Positions 1-11,290 of a stretch of 64,000 nucleotides of DNA are shown piece after piece. Position 1 is the stretch's first letter, and each line of letters opens with the position of its first letter. The position numbers and the translations under genes are program-made. The stretch comes from Cyanophyceae cyanobacterium (lineage in GTDB: Bacteria; Cyanobacteriota; Cyanobacteriia; Cyanobacteriales; JBHJGN01), in NCBI GenBank assembly GCA_050331735.1, contig JBHJGN010000022.1, positions 1 through 64,000 of the forward strand. Direction: 5' to 3'. The notes under the pieces were generated by a model. The model made no database searches. It had not been told where the DNA came from and saw only the letters and a list, made by a program, of their open reading frames with translations.

Positions 1-1001
1 GTAAAGACTAGCGCATCTAGTCCCCCCAGCATCGGCAGCAGTGAAGCAATTCCAGCTTTCAAGCGCTCAATATATAAATTAAACGCTAACTGGGCGCGAT
101 CGTGTCCCTGTTCAATTAGGCTGGCGATCTGACGCATATCTGAAGTTTCCCCAGATATTCCCTGTAACCCCGATGCTTGGTTAAGCATCTCGTCAATGCG
201 ATCGGCATCCATTCCATGATCGCGCATCAGATAAATGGGAATGGCTGGATCGATAGAGCCACTGCGGGTTCCCATCATTAGCCCTTCGAGGGGAGTAAAC
301 CCCATCGTGGTATTGATGCTGATACCGTTTTTGATCGCTGCTAAAGAACAGCCGTTACCTAAATGACAGGTAATAATTTTGAGGGAATCGAGAGGTTGAT
401 CGAGCAGTTGCGCGGTACGCTCAGCACAGTATTTATGGTTGATGCCGTGAAAGCCATAGCGACGGATGCCTTTTTCGTACCATTCATAGGGAATGGGGTA
501 AACAGCAGCTTCAGGGGGCATTTGGGAATGAAAAGCAGTATCAAAGACGGCGAGTTGAGGAATATCCGGTAAAACCTTCTCAACAGCTTCAATGCCTTCT
601 AGATGAGCCGGATTATGATTGGGAGCGAGGGGAATGAGGGAAGCGATCGCCTCTTTGACTGCACCCGTAATCAGCGTTGCTTGAGAATAGTCGGCTCCAC
701 CATGCACCACGCGATGACCGACAATATTAATATCTGTCAATTGCTCAATGGCTTTCGTTTTTCCCTCTGTGAGCGTCTCTAGCATCGTTGCGATCGCCCC
801 AGAGCGATCGTTGGGATCGAGGGAAATTTCAGCAGTCTTCCCCTGAGCGTCTACCGTTAGTTTTCCCTCCTCATTGCTGCCAGTCCAGTCTATATCGGCC
901 TGCCAGAGGGGTTCTGGTGGCTGTTGGGGTAAAGTATCCCCAAGCTCATAGAGACAGCTTTTCTGACTGCTAGAACCGGCATTGAGAACCAAAATTTTCA
1001 T
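1..1001 (-). CDS. ackA: Acetate kinase (3' end runs off the window)
   Basis: Not in the ORF track. Manual translation from CAT at 999-1001 gives MKILVLNAGSSSQKSCLY...GHRVVHGG...LAPNHNP...FDTAFH...RRYGFHG...CHLGNGCS...TMGFTPLEGLMMGTRSGSIDP, the acetate kinase motifs. Lies downstream of xfp. Confidence 0.96.
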   Translation of the reverse strand, partial: MKILVLNAGSSSQKSCLYELGDTLPQQPPEPLWQADIDWTGSNEEGKLTVDAQGKTAEISLDPNDRSGAIATMLETLTEGKTKAIEQLTDINIVGHRVVHGGADYSQATLITGAVKEAIASLIPLAPNHNPAHLEGIEAVEKVLPDIPQLAVFDTAFHSQMPPEAAVYPIPYEWYEKGIRRYGFHGINHKYCAERTAQLLDQPLDSLKIITCHLGNGCSLAAIKNGISINTTMGFTPLEGLMMGTRSGSIDPAIPIYLMRDHGMDADRIDEMLNQASGLQGISGETSDMRQIASLIEQGHDRAQLAFNLYIERLKAGIASLLPMLGGLDALVF

Positions 1002-1014
1002 GGCTGCATTGCGT

Positions 1015-1052
1015 AAAAACTCCCGCTATTATCCTACCGATAACAGCGGGAG
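1015..1052 (-). terminator. Intrinsic terminator-like hairpin between xfp and ackA
   Basis: 14-bp stem 1020-1033/1039-1052 (one G-U on the minus strand), followed by U5 on the minus strand. Confidence 0.65.
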
Positions 1053-1159
1053 ACAGGAGTTAATGCTGAGCACTCTGCACTTTTTACCGTGTCACCGTTA
1101 AATGCTTAATCGTCAGGACTAAGCATGCCTGTGCTCGCCTCTTGCTGAGCGCTAACTTC

Positions 1160-3550
1160 TTAATACGGCCATTGCCAATCCCGAATTTCCGGCATATCTT
1201 GACCATAGGTAGTCACGTACTGCTGATGCTCGATCAGCTTATCGCGCAGCATTTGCTGCACGTAGGCGGCAGCAGAGCCTAGTTGAGGTAGGCGATCAAT
1301 GACATCATCAGCAAGGTGAAAGCGGTCGAGGTCGTTGCGAACCACCATATCAAAAGGCGTTGTTGTCGTTCCTTCCTCTTTGTACCCCCGCACGTGAAGA
1401 TTTTTGTGATTGGTGCGGCGGTAGGTGAGGCGATGGATCAGCCAAGGATAGCCGTGATAGGCAAAGATAATCGGTTTATCCGTTGTGAAAATCATGTCGA
1501 AATCTTTATGGGATAAACCGTGGGGATGCTCCTCTTCCGGCTGTAGCTTCATCAGATCGACCACATTCACCACTCGCACCTTAAGCTCGGGAAACTCTTC
1601 GCGGAGAATCGCCACCGCCGCTAGCGTTTCGAGAGTCGGGACGTCTCCAGCACAGGCCATCACCACATCGGGTTCTGTTCCGCGATCGTTGCTGGCCCAT
1701 TCCCAAATGCCAATGCCGGCGGTGCAGTGCTTGATGGCGGCATCCATGTTGAGATACTGCAATTCCGGCTGCTTGCCAGCAACGATGACGTTGACGTAGT
1801 TGCGGCTTTTGAGGCAGTGATCGGCAACGGAGAGGAGCGTATTAGCATCGGGGGGAAGATACACCCGAATGACGTCTGCTTTTTTATTGACGACGTGATC
1901 GATAAAGCCAGGGTCTTGATGGGAAAAGCCGTTGTGGTCCTGTCGCCAAACGTGGGACGTGAGCAGATAGTTGAGCGAGGCGAGCGGTCGTCGCCAGGGA
2001 ATTTCTCTGCTCGTTGTTTTTAACCACTTAGCATGCTGGTTAAACATCGAGTCGATGATGTGAATGAAGGCTTCGTAGCAGGAGAAGAAGCCGTGACGAC
2101 CTGTCAGCAGGTAGCCTTCTAGCCAGCCTTGACAGGTATGTTCGCTCAAAATCTCCATGACACGACCATCTTGGGAGAGCTGTTCGTCTTCAGGGAGCAT
2201 CTCGGCCACCCAGGTCCGTTTCGTTTCGTCAAAGACCGCCGAGAGTCGGTTGGAGGCCGTCTCGTCAGGGCCAAAAACGCGGAAGTTATTGGGGTTGCGC
2301 TTCATCACGTCCCGCAGAAAGCCTCCAGTGACGCGAGTTGCTTCAGCAGTAACGGCACCGGGTTTGTCTACTTCTACCGCGTAGTCCCGGAAATCGGGCA
2401 TTCTCAGGGCTTTGAGCAGTACGCCGCCGTTAGCGTGGGGGTTGGCTCCCAAGCGGCGATCGCCGGTGGGGGCTAGTTCAGCTAGTTCCGAGATCAGCTT
2501 GCCGTCTCCATCGAAGAGGGCTTCAGGCTCGTAGCTTTTCATCCACTCTTCGAGCAGCTTGATGTGTTCTGGCTCCGATGCCAAACTAGACAGCGGCACC
2601 TGGTGCGATCGCCAATAGCCTTCGGTTTTCTTGCCGTCTACTTCTTTCGGTCCCGTCCAGCCTTTGGGCGATCGCAGCACGATCATTGGCCACTGCGGAT
2701 AGGTGTCAAAGCCCTCGCTACGGGCCGCGTCCTGAATAGAGTGAATTTCGGCAGTGACGGTATCGAGGGTCGATGCCATGAGCTGGTGCATGGTTTCTGG
2801 ATCAGACCCTTCGACAAAATAAGGTTTGTAGCCATAGCCGACAAACAGGCTTTCGAGTTCCTCCCGGGGCATACGGGCCAGGACAGTTGGATTGGCAATT
2901 TTGTAGCCGTTGAGATGAAGAATCGGTAAAACGGCACCATCACGCACTGGGTTCAGAAATTTGTTGGAGTGCCAACTCGTCGCCAGCGCTCCGGTTTCGG
3001 CTTCGCCATCGCCTACAATGCAGCTCACAATCAGGTCGGGATTGTCAAAAGCCGCCCCGAAAGCATGGGTCAGGGAGTAGCCTAATTCCCCGCCTTCATG
3101 AATGGAACCGGGAACCTCTGGGGCCACGTGGCTCGGAACTCCACCAGGGAAAGAAAACTGCTTGAAGAGCTTTTGCATTCCTTCTGTATCTTGAGAGACG
3201 TTGGGATACAGTTCGCTGTAGGTTCCTTCTAAATAGGTGTTGGCAACGATGCTGGGACCGCCATGACCTGGACCAATGATAAAAATCATGTTGAGATCCT
3301 GAGCTTTGATGATGCGGTTTAGATGGGCGTAGATGAAGTTGAGACCCGGTGTTGTTCCCCAATGTCCGAGGAGCCTCGGCTTGATGTGCTCCAGCTTGAG
3401 AGGCTCTTTTAAGAGCGGGTTATTGAGGAGATAAATTTGACCGACAGAGAGATAGTTGGCTGCTCGCCAGTAAGCGTGGATTTTTCTGAGTTCTTCTGCG
3501 CTCAGCGGTTCTGATTGAGAGCGGGTTTCTGGGGCTGGGGCTTGAACCAT
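1160..3550 (-). CDS. xfp: Xylulose-5-phosphate/fructose-6-phosphate phosphoketolase
   Basis: 796 aa with [23 protein letters not shown] motif [20 protein letters not shown] and [14 protein letters not shown]. Confidence 0.97.
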   Translation of the reverse strand: MVQAPAPETRSQSEPLSAEELRKIHAYWRAANYLSVGQIYLLNNPLLKEPLKLEHIKPRLLGHWGTTPGLNFIYAHLNRIIKAQDLNMIFIIGPGHGGPSIVANTYLEGTYSELYPNVSQDTEGMQKLFKQFSFPGGVPSHVAPEVPGSIHEGGELGYSLTHAFGAAFDNPDLIVSCIVGDGEAETGALATSWHSNKFLNPVRDGAVLPILHLNGYKIANPTVLARMPREELESLFVGYGYKPYFVEGSDPETMHQLMASTLDTVTAEIHSIQDAARSEGFDTYPQWPMIVLRSPKGWTGPKEVDGKKTEGYWRSHQVPLSSLASEPEHIKLLEEWMKSYEPEALFDGDGKLISELAELAPTGDRRLGANPHANGGVLLKALRMPDFRDYAVEVDKPGAVTAEATRVTGGFLRDVMKRNPNNFRVFGPDETASNRLSAVFDETKRTWVAEMLPEDEQLSQDGRVMEILSEHTCQGWLEGYLLTGRHGFFSCYEAFIHIIDSMFNQHAKWLKTTSREIPWRRPLASLNYLLTSHVWRQDHNGFSHQDPGFIDHVVNKKADVIRVYLPPDANTLLSVADHCLKSRNYVNVIVAGKQPELQYLNMDAAIKHCTAGIGIWEWASNDRGTEPDVVMACAGDVPTLETLAAVAILREEFPELKVRVVNVVDLMKLQPEEEHPHGLSHKDFDMIFTTDKPIIFAYHGYPWLIHRLTYRRTNHKNLHVRGYKEEGTTTTPFDMVVRNDLDRFHLADDVIDRLPQLGSAAAYVQQMLRDKLIEHQQYVTTYGQDMPEIRDWQWPY

Positions 3551-3975
3551 AAATCGATTACCTTATTGTATTCTGCTTGGTCTCGAGAGCGCTTTGTCGC
3601 CGTAGAGTGATGAGCGGCTGTGAAGGGCAAGGGATACCGGATCGCCTGTAAACACCATTGCTGAATCACGGATGGCATTACAGCCTCGAAAAAATACGCC
3701 GATCCGTTTTAGCCTTTTAGTATGACTAACTAACGGATAGCTAATAATCTGTCTCTAGTTTGAATAATTGACTGCGAGACTCGTTAATTCTGCTAGCTGC
3801 TCACTCCTTGACTGACGCTTAGTCGGGAAGGCCAATGCTCTATTATGGGTAGGCAAAGTTAACTTCAAGTTAAACACTGACTACAGCAGTAGATTACTAG
3901 CGTGTTCTGATTCTCATGTCATCCTCTGGCGGAGGAAACAGAACGGGACTCTCGCAATAATTGATGTTAATGCTG

Positions 3976-5169
3976 CTATTCACGGCTAACTTGATTGTCC
4001 TCAGCCTCGGTTTGCCCCATCTCCTGAGCCGTGATAACATCTCCCTGTTGACCAAACGACCAGAGAACGGCGGCTGCCTCAGCGCGAGTGACGGGTTTAT
4101 TCGGTTGAAATAAACTGGTGTATCCAAAGGCGCGGCTTACGTTGGATTGGGCGCGATTTTGATAGTCGGCGTATAGGGCGGACAGCGCTCTGGGGTCGAT
4201 GTCCGCCGTATCTTGAAATCCCCACGTTTCCCGAGTCGCCTCAATCGAAGCCGCAGGCGGGGCTTTACGAATATCGAGCGGGACTTTCCACGCAATTAAC
4301 TCTTCTCTGGTCAAGGGTGCGTCTGGACGGAAGCGCACCGCCGTACTGTCGTTTGTAAGGGGCGAAGGAATAATTCCGGCTTCGGCTAATCCCTGAATAA
4401 CGGCAAAATCGGGATCGGACGCACTGACATCGCTGAAGGCGGGTTCTGAACTGCTGGAGGCGACGCGGATTTGAGCGCCCGGATTGTCAGTATAGAGTTG
4501 GTTGTTGGCGGCGACTAGCCAGCGAGCGTAATCGCGACGGGTGAGGATCTCATTGGGATTAAACTGCCCGGTATCGGCATTTTGAGCCGATGTTAACACG
4601 CCCAAAGCGGCTAAATCGTCAACGTACTCGCGCAGGGGTTCTGGGGCCTGTTCTAAATCGGCAAAATCTTGCGGCGACTCGGCGGCGACTCGCGGTTGCG
4701 GCTGAGGCTGAGCGATCGCCTGCTGATATTCCAGAATATACTCGGTGGTGTCGGCGTTGGCAGCAGAGGAAAATAACACCGTCACCTCTAAACCGTCTTG
4801 ACTCGCCACGAGCGTCCCTTCGTCAGTTGATGGCTCTAAATTCCAGCCGTTACTCTCAAAGGCATCTTGATAGTAAGTGGCTATTTCTTCCCTCGATTCA
4901 AAAGCTTCCCAAGTCGCTTGTCCTTGTTCGCCCGTGGAATCTGAGTCCACGTCAACGAGCCGTGCTTGGGGATAAAGGGGAATTTCTTGAGGAAAATCAT
5001 CGGGTAATTCCGCCGCTGGTTGTTCTGACGGCGTTACCGACGGTGGATTCTCCGCCTCTGTCTGCTGTTCTACAAGCTGGGGATCGGGAGCAAACAGAGT
5101 CGATAAACCACCACTACAGCTAGCCAGAAGGAGGCTCAATAAACTCAGGGAGAGAGAACGTTTAAACAC
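3976..5169 (-). CDS. S-layer homology (SLH) domain lipoprotein
   Basis: Lipobox LLASC. SLH-like repeats FADL...FNPNEILTR, FSDV...FRPDAPLTREE and FQPNKPVTRAEAAAVL. Confidence 0.85.
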   Translation of the reverse strand: MFKRSLSLSLLSLLLASCSGGLSTLFAPDPQLVEQQTEAENPPSVTPSEQPAAELPDDFPQEIPLYPQARLVDVDSDSTGEQGQATWEAFESREEIATYYQDAFESNGWNLEPSTDEGTLVASQDGLEVTVLFSSAANADTTEYILEYQQAIAQPQPQPRVAAESPQDFADLEQAPEPLREYVDDLAALGVLTSAQNADTGQFNPNEILTRRDYARWLVAANNQLYTDNPGAQIRVASSSSEPAFSDVSASDPDFAVIQGLAEAGIIPSPLTNDSTAVRFRPDAPLTREELIAWKVPLDIRKAPPAASIEATRETWGFQDTADIDPRALSALYADYQNRAQSNVSRAFGYTSLFQPNKPVTRAEAAAVLWSFGQQGDVITAQEMGQTEAEDNQVSRE

Positions 5170-5229
5170 AGCTTAGCAATACCAATTCAGTTAAAGACAA
5201 CTATTTCTATCTTAGATATTGCTCTCTGG

Positions 5230-6285
5230 TCACTGTCTATCGACCACTGTTTGCTGTTTTAGTTCAGCCGGCTTGGTCACCCCTCGCTCTGTAATAATGG
5301 CGGTAATTAGGTCAGCCGGGGTCAGGTCGAAAGCAGGATTGTAAAACTCGACTCCTGGCGGACAGAGAACTGTTTCTCCAATTTGGTAAATTTCTGAGGG
5401 ATGTCGTTCTTCGATGGGGATCTGGCTACCGTTAGGCAGATCAAAGTCAACGGTAGACAGAGGGGCGGCCACATAAAAGGGGATCTGGTGGGCCTGGGCT
5501 AACACAGCCAGGGAATACGTGCCTACTTTATTGGCCGTATCGCCATTAGCCGCGATGCGGTCGGCCCCGACAATCACCGCATCAATCATCTCCTGCTTCA
5601 TGCAGTAAGCGGCCATACTGTCGGTAACAACCGTCACAGGAATTCCAGCTTGCAGACACTCCCAAGCCGTTAGTTTTGCTCCCTGAAATCGAGGACGGGT
5701 TTCTCCAGCATAGACCCTGAGCAGCCTGTCGGCCTCCCAAGCCGCACGAATCACGCCCAAAGCCGTTCCATATCCAGCCGTTGCCAAGGCTCCCGTATTG
5801 CAGTGAGTGAGCAGATTCAGCTTATCGGGTTTGGCAGGCAGCACCGACACCCCATGTTCGCCAATAGCCTGACAAGTCTGCAAATCTTCGGCCTGAATTT
5901 CCTGAGCAGTTCGCAGCAAGGTTTGTTTAATCTCTGCTACAGTCCCCAGAGTTTCATAAGCTGTCTTCAGCAGACGAGATACGGCCCACGCTAAATTAAC
6001 GGCTGTGGGGCGCGACTGCCGCAGCGTTTGACCGACTGTTTCTAAAGTTTTCAAAAACGGTTCCCGTTGGTCTGTGTGAATTTCTCTGGCTCCCAGATAC
6101 ATGCCGTAGGCGGCGGCGATGCCAATCGCCGGGGCGCCGCGAACAATCATCGTGCTGATGGCCCGCGCCATGTCTTCACAGCGACCAATTTCGACAATGG
6201 CATATTCGTGGGGCAAGCGGTTCTGATCGATCAGAAAGACTCGCTCATCATGCCAGACAACCGGATAAATAGGATTAGACTTCAT
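5230..6285 (-). CDS. mtnA: S-methyl-5-thioribose-1-phosphate isomerase
   Basis: [55 protein letters not shown] and NPAFDLTP motifs. Confidence 0.95.
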   Translation of the reverse strand: MKSNPIYPVVWHDERVFLIDQNRLPHEYAIVEIGRCEDMARAISTMIVRGAPAIGIAAAYGMYLGAREIHTDQREPFLKTLETVGQTLRQSRPTAVNLAWAVSRLLKTAYETLGTVAEIKQTLLRTAQEIQAEDLQTCQAIGEHGVSVLPAKPDKLNLLTHCNTGALATAGYGTALGVIRAAWEADRLLRVYAGETRPRFQGAKLTAWECLQAGIPVTVVTDSMAAYCMKQEMIDAVIVGADRIAANGDTANKVGTYSLAVLAQAHQIPFYVAAPLSTVDFDLPNGSQIPIEERHPSEIYQIGETVLCPPGVEFYNPAFDLTPADLITAIITERGVTKPAELKQQTVVDRQ

Positions 6286-6401
6286 TGAATCAACAGGACA
6301 GCAATAGGGGCGATCGCTGAATAATGAGATAGAGAAACGCGCTTCAGATTTACTTCTCAGGATACAAGCAAAGCCCTCCGCAGAAGCGGCATATTATTAT
6401 T

Positions 6402-6800
6402 ATGAATAACACCAATCGTCTCCAAACTCTCCAGCGGATTCGTCGTCTTAGTCGTTTGATGGATACCGCTATTGGCATTCCCGGCACAAAATTTCGGATT
6501 GGTTTAGATCCAATTCTCGGTTTAGTTCCTGGCGCTGGCGACCTGGTCAGTACCGCATTTTCAGCCTACATTATTCTACTGGCAGCTCGGTTCAATCTGC
6601 CCCGCAGCGCCCTCAAAAAAATGATTTTCAACGTTGCCCTTGAAAGCGTTGTCGGGACGGTTCCTCTCATTGGTGATGCGTTTGACGCTGTTTATAAATC
6701 AAACATTCGCAACCTCGCTATTTTAGAAGAACATTTAACGGCGACTGATTTGGTTGATGAGACAACGGTAGAAGAAACAGCTCAGATAGTTTCTTCTTGA
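6402..6800 (+). CDS. DUF4112 family membrane protein
   Basis: LMDTAIGIPGTKFRIGLDPILGLVPGAGD...VPLIGDAFDAVYKSNIRN. Confidence 0.88.
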   Translation: MNNTNRLQTLQRIRRLSRLMDTAIGIPGTKFRIGLDPILGLVPGAGDLVSTAFSAYIILLAARFNLPRSALKKMIFNVALESVVGTVPLIGDAFDAVYKSNIRNLAILEEHLTATDLVDETTVEETAQIVSS

Positions 6801-6906
6801 GCCCCTGTTGGTTGGATAGATTGTGAGGCTGCTAGTCTAACTATAGAACAGGAGTTGCCAGCTCAATGGATGCTAACTGGCTTGAGTGTGGTTGAGTTAG
6901 TAGGGA

Positions 6907-7383
6907 ATGAGTAGGAACATTGAGGCAGAAGGGAACAGCGTCGCGATCTTAATTCGCGAAGGGGTCCACTTTGTGGAGATGATGGTTGTCGAGCGCATCC
7001 CCAAACACTTACCCACACCGGGAGACACGCATTTTAGAATCAAAGTGCAATCCCACGGATTTACAGGGCAGGGGTGGACGTGGATTGGGGCCCCGAGCTT
7101 AGAAAATTTTGTTGAGCAATTACGAAAATTAGAAAATCACAGGCAGGGTAGTGGAGAACTTTCATCCCTGTCACCGCAACAGTTTTGGCTACAAATTTCG
7201 TCAGTAGACAGCCTTGGTCATATAGCTGTGGCTGGTCAGCTAGCGCAGTTGGGACATGGAGTCGGGGGCGAGCATCTATTGAAATTTGGGTTTGAATTAG
7301 ATCCAAATACGTTGCTAAGCATCGTTAAAAACTTTGAGGCAGTAGTAGCCAGTGAGGCCTCTGTTCTCGGTGAAATAGAGTAA
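6907..7383 (+). CDS. Hypothetical protein, possibly WapI-like immunity protein
   Basis: Clean 158-aa ORF with ATG start. The pattern FVEQL..L....GSGELSSL...L.ISSVDSLGHIAV...FELD resembles WapI-like proteins from memory only. Confidence 0.55.
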   Translation: MSRNIEAEGNSVAILIREGVHFVEMMVVERIPKHLPTPGDTHFRIKVQSHGFTGQGWTWIGAPSLENFVEQLRKLENHRQGSGELSSLSPQQFWLQISSVDSLGHIAVAGQLAQLGHGVGGEHLLKFGFELDPNTLLSIVKNFEAVVASEASVLGEIE

Positions 7384-7474
7384 GGTTTTGCTGATGCTGA
7401 CAGCACCAAGCGCGTTTAGCTTAAGTTTATTTCGGTAAGATTTTCTTCATCTGTAGAGAATTGTGTTGGCTCGC

Positions 7475-8839
7475 TCAATTGCTAACGCTTCTTGGGGAAG
7501 TCTGGCCTATCAAACGACTCAAGAGCCAATAGATGAGAACGGCAGCGACAATGCCGTTAATGGGTTTAATACCAGGAGAGAAATAGGCGATCACACTAGC
7601 AGCAATATAGGCGATCGCTCCTGCCCAATTCAAGGCTGGCTGGGGGTCGTTGAGGTCAGGAAACTCCCCTCGGTGCCGCAGCCAGTAGTCGGCCATCACG
7701 ATCCCGCCGATGGGAGGAATAAACGTGCCCAGCAAAATTAGGTAGGGAACCAACGCTTCATAAATCCCTCCCCAGGCTAAGATCAGGGCAAAAGTCGCTC
7801 CCCCCAGAACAAACAGCGTCCGTTTGCTCGTGCGAAACATATGGGCCCCCGCAACAGAAAAGGCATAAATCGTGTTGTCCTGAGTGGTCCACATATTGAG
7901 CAAAAATAGCGCTAATCCCCAAACCAATAAACCTTGCTGGACCATCACCTGCACAATATCGGCTTCGCCGTACACCAAGGCACAGAAAGCACCGCTAAAG
8001 ATCAAAAAGCCGTTGGCGAGGAAAAAAGCAGCCAGGGCAGCGATAAAGGCCGTTCTGCCAGAACTGGCGAAGCGACACCAGTTGGTAACCTGAGTTCCGC
8101 CAGAGATAAACGTACCGATCACAATCGTCAACGCTTCCCCCATCCCCATTTCCTGAGCCGGAGTAATAGCCTGTAGCTGAGTCAAACCGCCGACATCTCC
8201 CCAGGCAATCGTCATACTCCACAGCATCAAAATCACGATCGCTGGAACCGCTAACCGACTCACCCAGTCCATCGCTCGATAGCCAATGTAGGCCGTAACG
8301 CAGAAGAGGTAAGTAGCGATTAAAATAATCAGTCCCCCCAGGGCTGCCGGAACTCCGGCTAGCTGAATTAACAGCTCAGCAATCAGGGCTGATCCCCAAG
8401 CGTACCAGCCAATTTGGGTAAAGCCCAAAATAAAATCGACCCAGCGCGACCCCACCGCACCAAAGCTAAAGCGAGCCATCAGCACGGTGCTTAAGCCTGT
8501 TTGGGCAGAAATGTAGCCCATCCCTGCTGCATAAAGTCCGAGAATTAAATTGCCGACGGCAATGACCCCCACTAATTCGGGGAAGAAGCGGAAGCTGGCT
8601 CCGACTAAGCCACCAGCAAATAGCGTTCCCGAATAGAGAGTAAAGCCAATGAGGAGGGGAGCAAGAGACCATACGGACTTGCGGGCAGTAGCCGGAACGG
8701 GACTCAACGGGAAATCTTCGCCCTGTTTCGGTGGTTCGGTAACGGGTTCAGTCAGCATCGCTAGGGTTAAACCAACAATGGAGGTTATTGCTGGAATATT
8801 ATAGAGCTGATCGGGCGATCGCTCGGCCAGAGCTGTCAA
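7475..8839 (-). CDS. codB: Cytosine permease (NCS1 family); true start probably the ATG of MLTEPV (~8758)
   Basis: Multi-TM protein with GLSTVLMARFSFG, TQIGWYAWG, NMWTTQDNTIY and IPPIGGIVMADY. Confidence 0.85.
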   Translation of the reverse strand: MTALAERSPDQLYNIPAITSIVGLTLAMLTEPVTEPPKQGEDFPLSPVPATARKSVWSLAPLLIGFTLYSGTLFAGGLVGASFRFFPELVGVIAVGNLILGLYAAGMGYISAQTGLSTVLMARFSFGAVGSRWVDFILGFTQIGWYAWGSALIAELLIQLAGVPAALGGLIILIATYLFCVTAYIGYRAMDWVSRLAVPAIVILMLWSMTIAWGDVGGLTQLQAITPAQEMGMGEALTIVIGTFISGGTQVTNWCRFASSGRTAFIAALAAFFLANGFLIFSGAFCALVYGEADIVQVMVQQGLLVWGLALFLLNMWTTQDNTIYAFSVAGAHMFRTSKRTLFVLGGATFALILAWGGIYEALVPYLILLGTFIPPIGGIVMADYWLRHRGEFPDLNDPQPALNWAGAIAYIAASVIAYFSPGIKPINGIVAAVLIYWLLSRLIGQTSPRSVSN

Positions 8840-8866
8840 ATTCTGCTTACATTTGGAGAGCCGTCA

Positions 8867-9847
8867 CTAAGAGATGGTCAAAACGGTTGCTAGGGCGACA
8901 GCAGACAGCAGCGTACTGAGAACGATGGTGCTGCTAGCTAGGGCATCATCTCCGCCCAACTGCTGCGCCATGATGTAGGAGGCGATCGCCGTTGGACAAG
9001 CTAGATAGAGCAGCGCGATAGTTTGCTCTAACGGGGATAAACCAAGCCAACGGGAGACCAGTACGCCAACTAGCGGAGCCAGCGCCACCTTCAGTAACGC
9101 CGCCAGCCCCGCAAGAGACACCTGACCGCGAACCTCGGTGGTGACTAACGAGACTCCCACTCCCAGTAACGCCAAGGGGAGAGACATCTGCCCGACCGTC
9201 CGACAGGTTAGGCTCAACCATAGAGGCAGCGCGAGTCCGGCTAAAGACCAGCTCAAGCCAAGCCCACAAGCTATTAGGAGCGGGTTTGTGACAACTGACC
9301 GCAGCAGAGACACCCAAGAGTGCTGCGCTCGTCCATTGCCGGCTATTAAGACAAGCACAGCGGCAGCATTATACAGGGGAACCAGGGGAGCAAAAGAGAG
9401 GACGGCGAGAGACTGAAGCTGCTCCTCGCTTAAAGCAGCGATCGTAGAGGTCGCCGGAGCATGAGATAGGGCATAGCTGACAACCGGCAGCCCGATAAAA
9501 GCTAGATTACCCCGAAAAGCAGCTTGCACAAACGCTCCTTCAGATGGTCCTGGTAGACGAAGCAGCCGCGAAAGCGAATAAGCCACAGCGATACAGCTCA
9601 CCATGCCGGCCACTAGCACGAGCGAAATCCGCAGCGCCGAGTCACTGGCAAGTTCAGCTTGGGCGGTTTGATTAAACAGCAGGCAAGGTAAACCAACCCA
9701 GTACACCAAGCGGTTACTCTCGCGAGTCAGTTGAGGACTCAAAAACTTCGTTCGTTGCAGAACTGCACCAAGCAGGATAATTAGGAAAACCGGAGCCAAA
9801 GTATTAATAACGTACATGGAGCAACTCCGGGTTGAACAAGAAATCAA
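8867..9847 (-). CDS. AEC (auxin efflux carrier) family transporter
   Basis: LVYWVGLPCLLF, FRGNLAFIGLP, NPLLIA, ACPTAIASYIMAQQLGGD; ~10 TM segments. Confidence 0.88.
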   Translation of the reverse strand: MISCSTRSCSMYVINTLAPVFLIILLGAVLQRTKFLSPQLTRESNRLVYWVGLPCLLFNQTAQAELASDSALRISLVLVAGMVSCIAVAYSLSRLLRLPGPSEGAFVQAAFRGNLAFIGLPVVSYALSHAPATSTIAALSEEQLQSLAVLSFAPLVPLYNAAAVLVLIAGNGRAQHSWVSLLRSVVTNPLLIACGLGLSWSLAGLALPLWLSLTCRTVGQMSLPLALLGVGVSLVTTEVRGQVSLAGLAALLKVALAPLVGVLVSRWLGLSPLEQTIALLYLACPTAIASYIMAQQLGGDDALASSTIVLSTLLSAVALATVLTIS

Positions 9848-9906
9848 TCAACTCGTTTTTGGACATTGGCTACCGCTACGCTAAGCAAACCAACTTTCAC
9901 AAGATC

Positions 9907-9942
9907 AAAAAAGACTCCAGAATTACGGCAGCCATTCTGGAG
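9907..9942 (-). terminator. Intrinsic terminator after the site-2 protease gene
   Basis: Stem CTCCAGAAT/ATTCTGGAG (9915-9923/9934-9942) with an A-run at 9907-9912 (U-tract on minus). Confidence 0.6.
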
Positions 9943-9965
9943 GATAACGGATGAAGTGAAAAACT

Positions 9966-11084
9966 CTACGCTGCTCTGGCTCTGTCTTTCTGAAGCAGTT
10001 TAATGACAGATGCTTTCTCCAACAACCCCACAACAACACCATCTTCACGGACAACGACTAGCTGCTTCTCCTCTTGTCCTTCTAGGGTTTTGATGACGTC
10101 TAACAAAGACTGTTCTGAGTTAACGGTGTTAACAGTTTCTACCGGCTTAACCAAGTCTCGAACGTGGATGTCGTTCCACTCAGATGTAGGAACGGACTTA
10201 AGAGCCGCCGAGGCGATCGCTCCCTGAAGTTTTCTTTCTGCGTCGATGACTAAGAACTTGCTCCACTGGGGCTTCCCAATCACGTACTCATTGACAAACT
10301 CGCGCAGCGTTAAATCAGCCGGGATAATCGGGCTATCCGGCAGCACTGCATCCTCAGCTTTATAGTGGCTCAAGGTTTCCTGCACCGTTGCTGACTGGGC
10401 CGAACGGCCAGCATTTTGCAGCAGGAACCACCCAATCAGCAGCGTCCAGATGCTGCCCACAGGACTGAGATCGAGAACAGCTAGGATACCGACAAGAACA
10501 GCGAGTCCGCCAAAGAGCTGCCCAACGCGGCTAGCAAAGACAATGCCTTGGTTGGAGTTCCCGGTGATTTGCCAAACCGCCGCTTTGAGGATGTTGCCGC
10601 CGTCGAGGGGAAGACCGGGGAGCAGGTTAAATAGCGCCAGGATGAGGTTCAAAGAGGCGAGTAGAGTCACCACTGCCGAAAAAGGAGCGGGGAGCGGCAG
10701 CAGCAGATTAAGGGCCGTAAAAACTCCGAACAGAAGAATGCTCACGGCAGGTCCAGCGATCGCCACCCAAAACGACTGAGCAGGAGTTTCGGATTCTTTC
10801 TCCAGCGACGCTAACCCACCAAACAAAAATAACGTAATCGATTTCACCTCGATGCCCTGCGCCATCGCTACAAAGCTATGGCCTAGTTCGTGGGCCAACA
10901 CGGATGCAAATAGTAAAATGGCCGCAGCAAACCCTAAAATCCAGGGGGCAGCTCCATTAAGCTGGGGAAACAAGGCAAGCTGACCTCCGTAGGTAAGCGT
11001 CACCAATCCGAGAACGAGAAACCAGGATGGATTAATATAGAAGGGAATGCCAAATAGACTTCCCACACGGATATTGCCGTTCAT
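9966..11084 (-). CDS. Site-2 protease (M50) with C-terminal CBS domains
   Basis: HELGH zinc motif, AGPAVS, FNLLPGLPLDGG and a C-terminal CBS-like pair. Confidence 0.93.
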   Translation of the reverse strand: MNGNIRVGSLFGIPFYINPSWFLVLGLVTLTYGGQLALFPQLNGAAPWILGFAAAILLFASVLAHELGHSFVAMAQGIEVKSITLFLFGGLASLEKESETPAQSFWVAIAGPAVSILLFGVFTALNLLLPLPAPFSAVVTLLASLNLILALFNLLPGLPLDGGNILKAAVWQITGNSNQGIVFASRVGQLFGGLAVLVGILAVLDLSPVGSIWTLLIGWFLLQNAGRSAQSATVQETLSHYKAEDAVLPDSPIIPADLTLREFVNEYVIGKPQWSKFLVIDAERKLQGAIASAALKSVPTSEWNDIHVRDLVKPVETVNTVNSEQSLLDVIKTLEGQEEKQLVVVREDGVVVGLLEKASVIKLLQKDRARAA

Positions 11085-11290
11085 ACGAGAACTCCTCTGA
11101 GTCGGTTAGGCGTTTCTCTCATTGTACCGAAGGGTGAAAGCCTTTCACCGCCTCGAATTGCCGTGGAATCCGTCCCTGGCGGTTCGGTTCCTCTCCAAGA
11201 GAGAGCTACGTTAGCATTGATTCAAGAGACCCCATCCAATCAAACTAAGCCAGAGTCCTTTTTTGGCGTTGACTAAAATCTAGCGAACTA

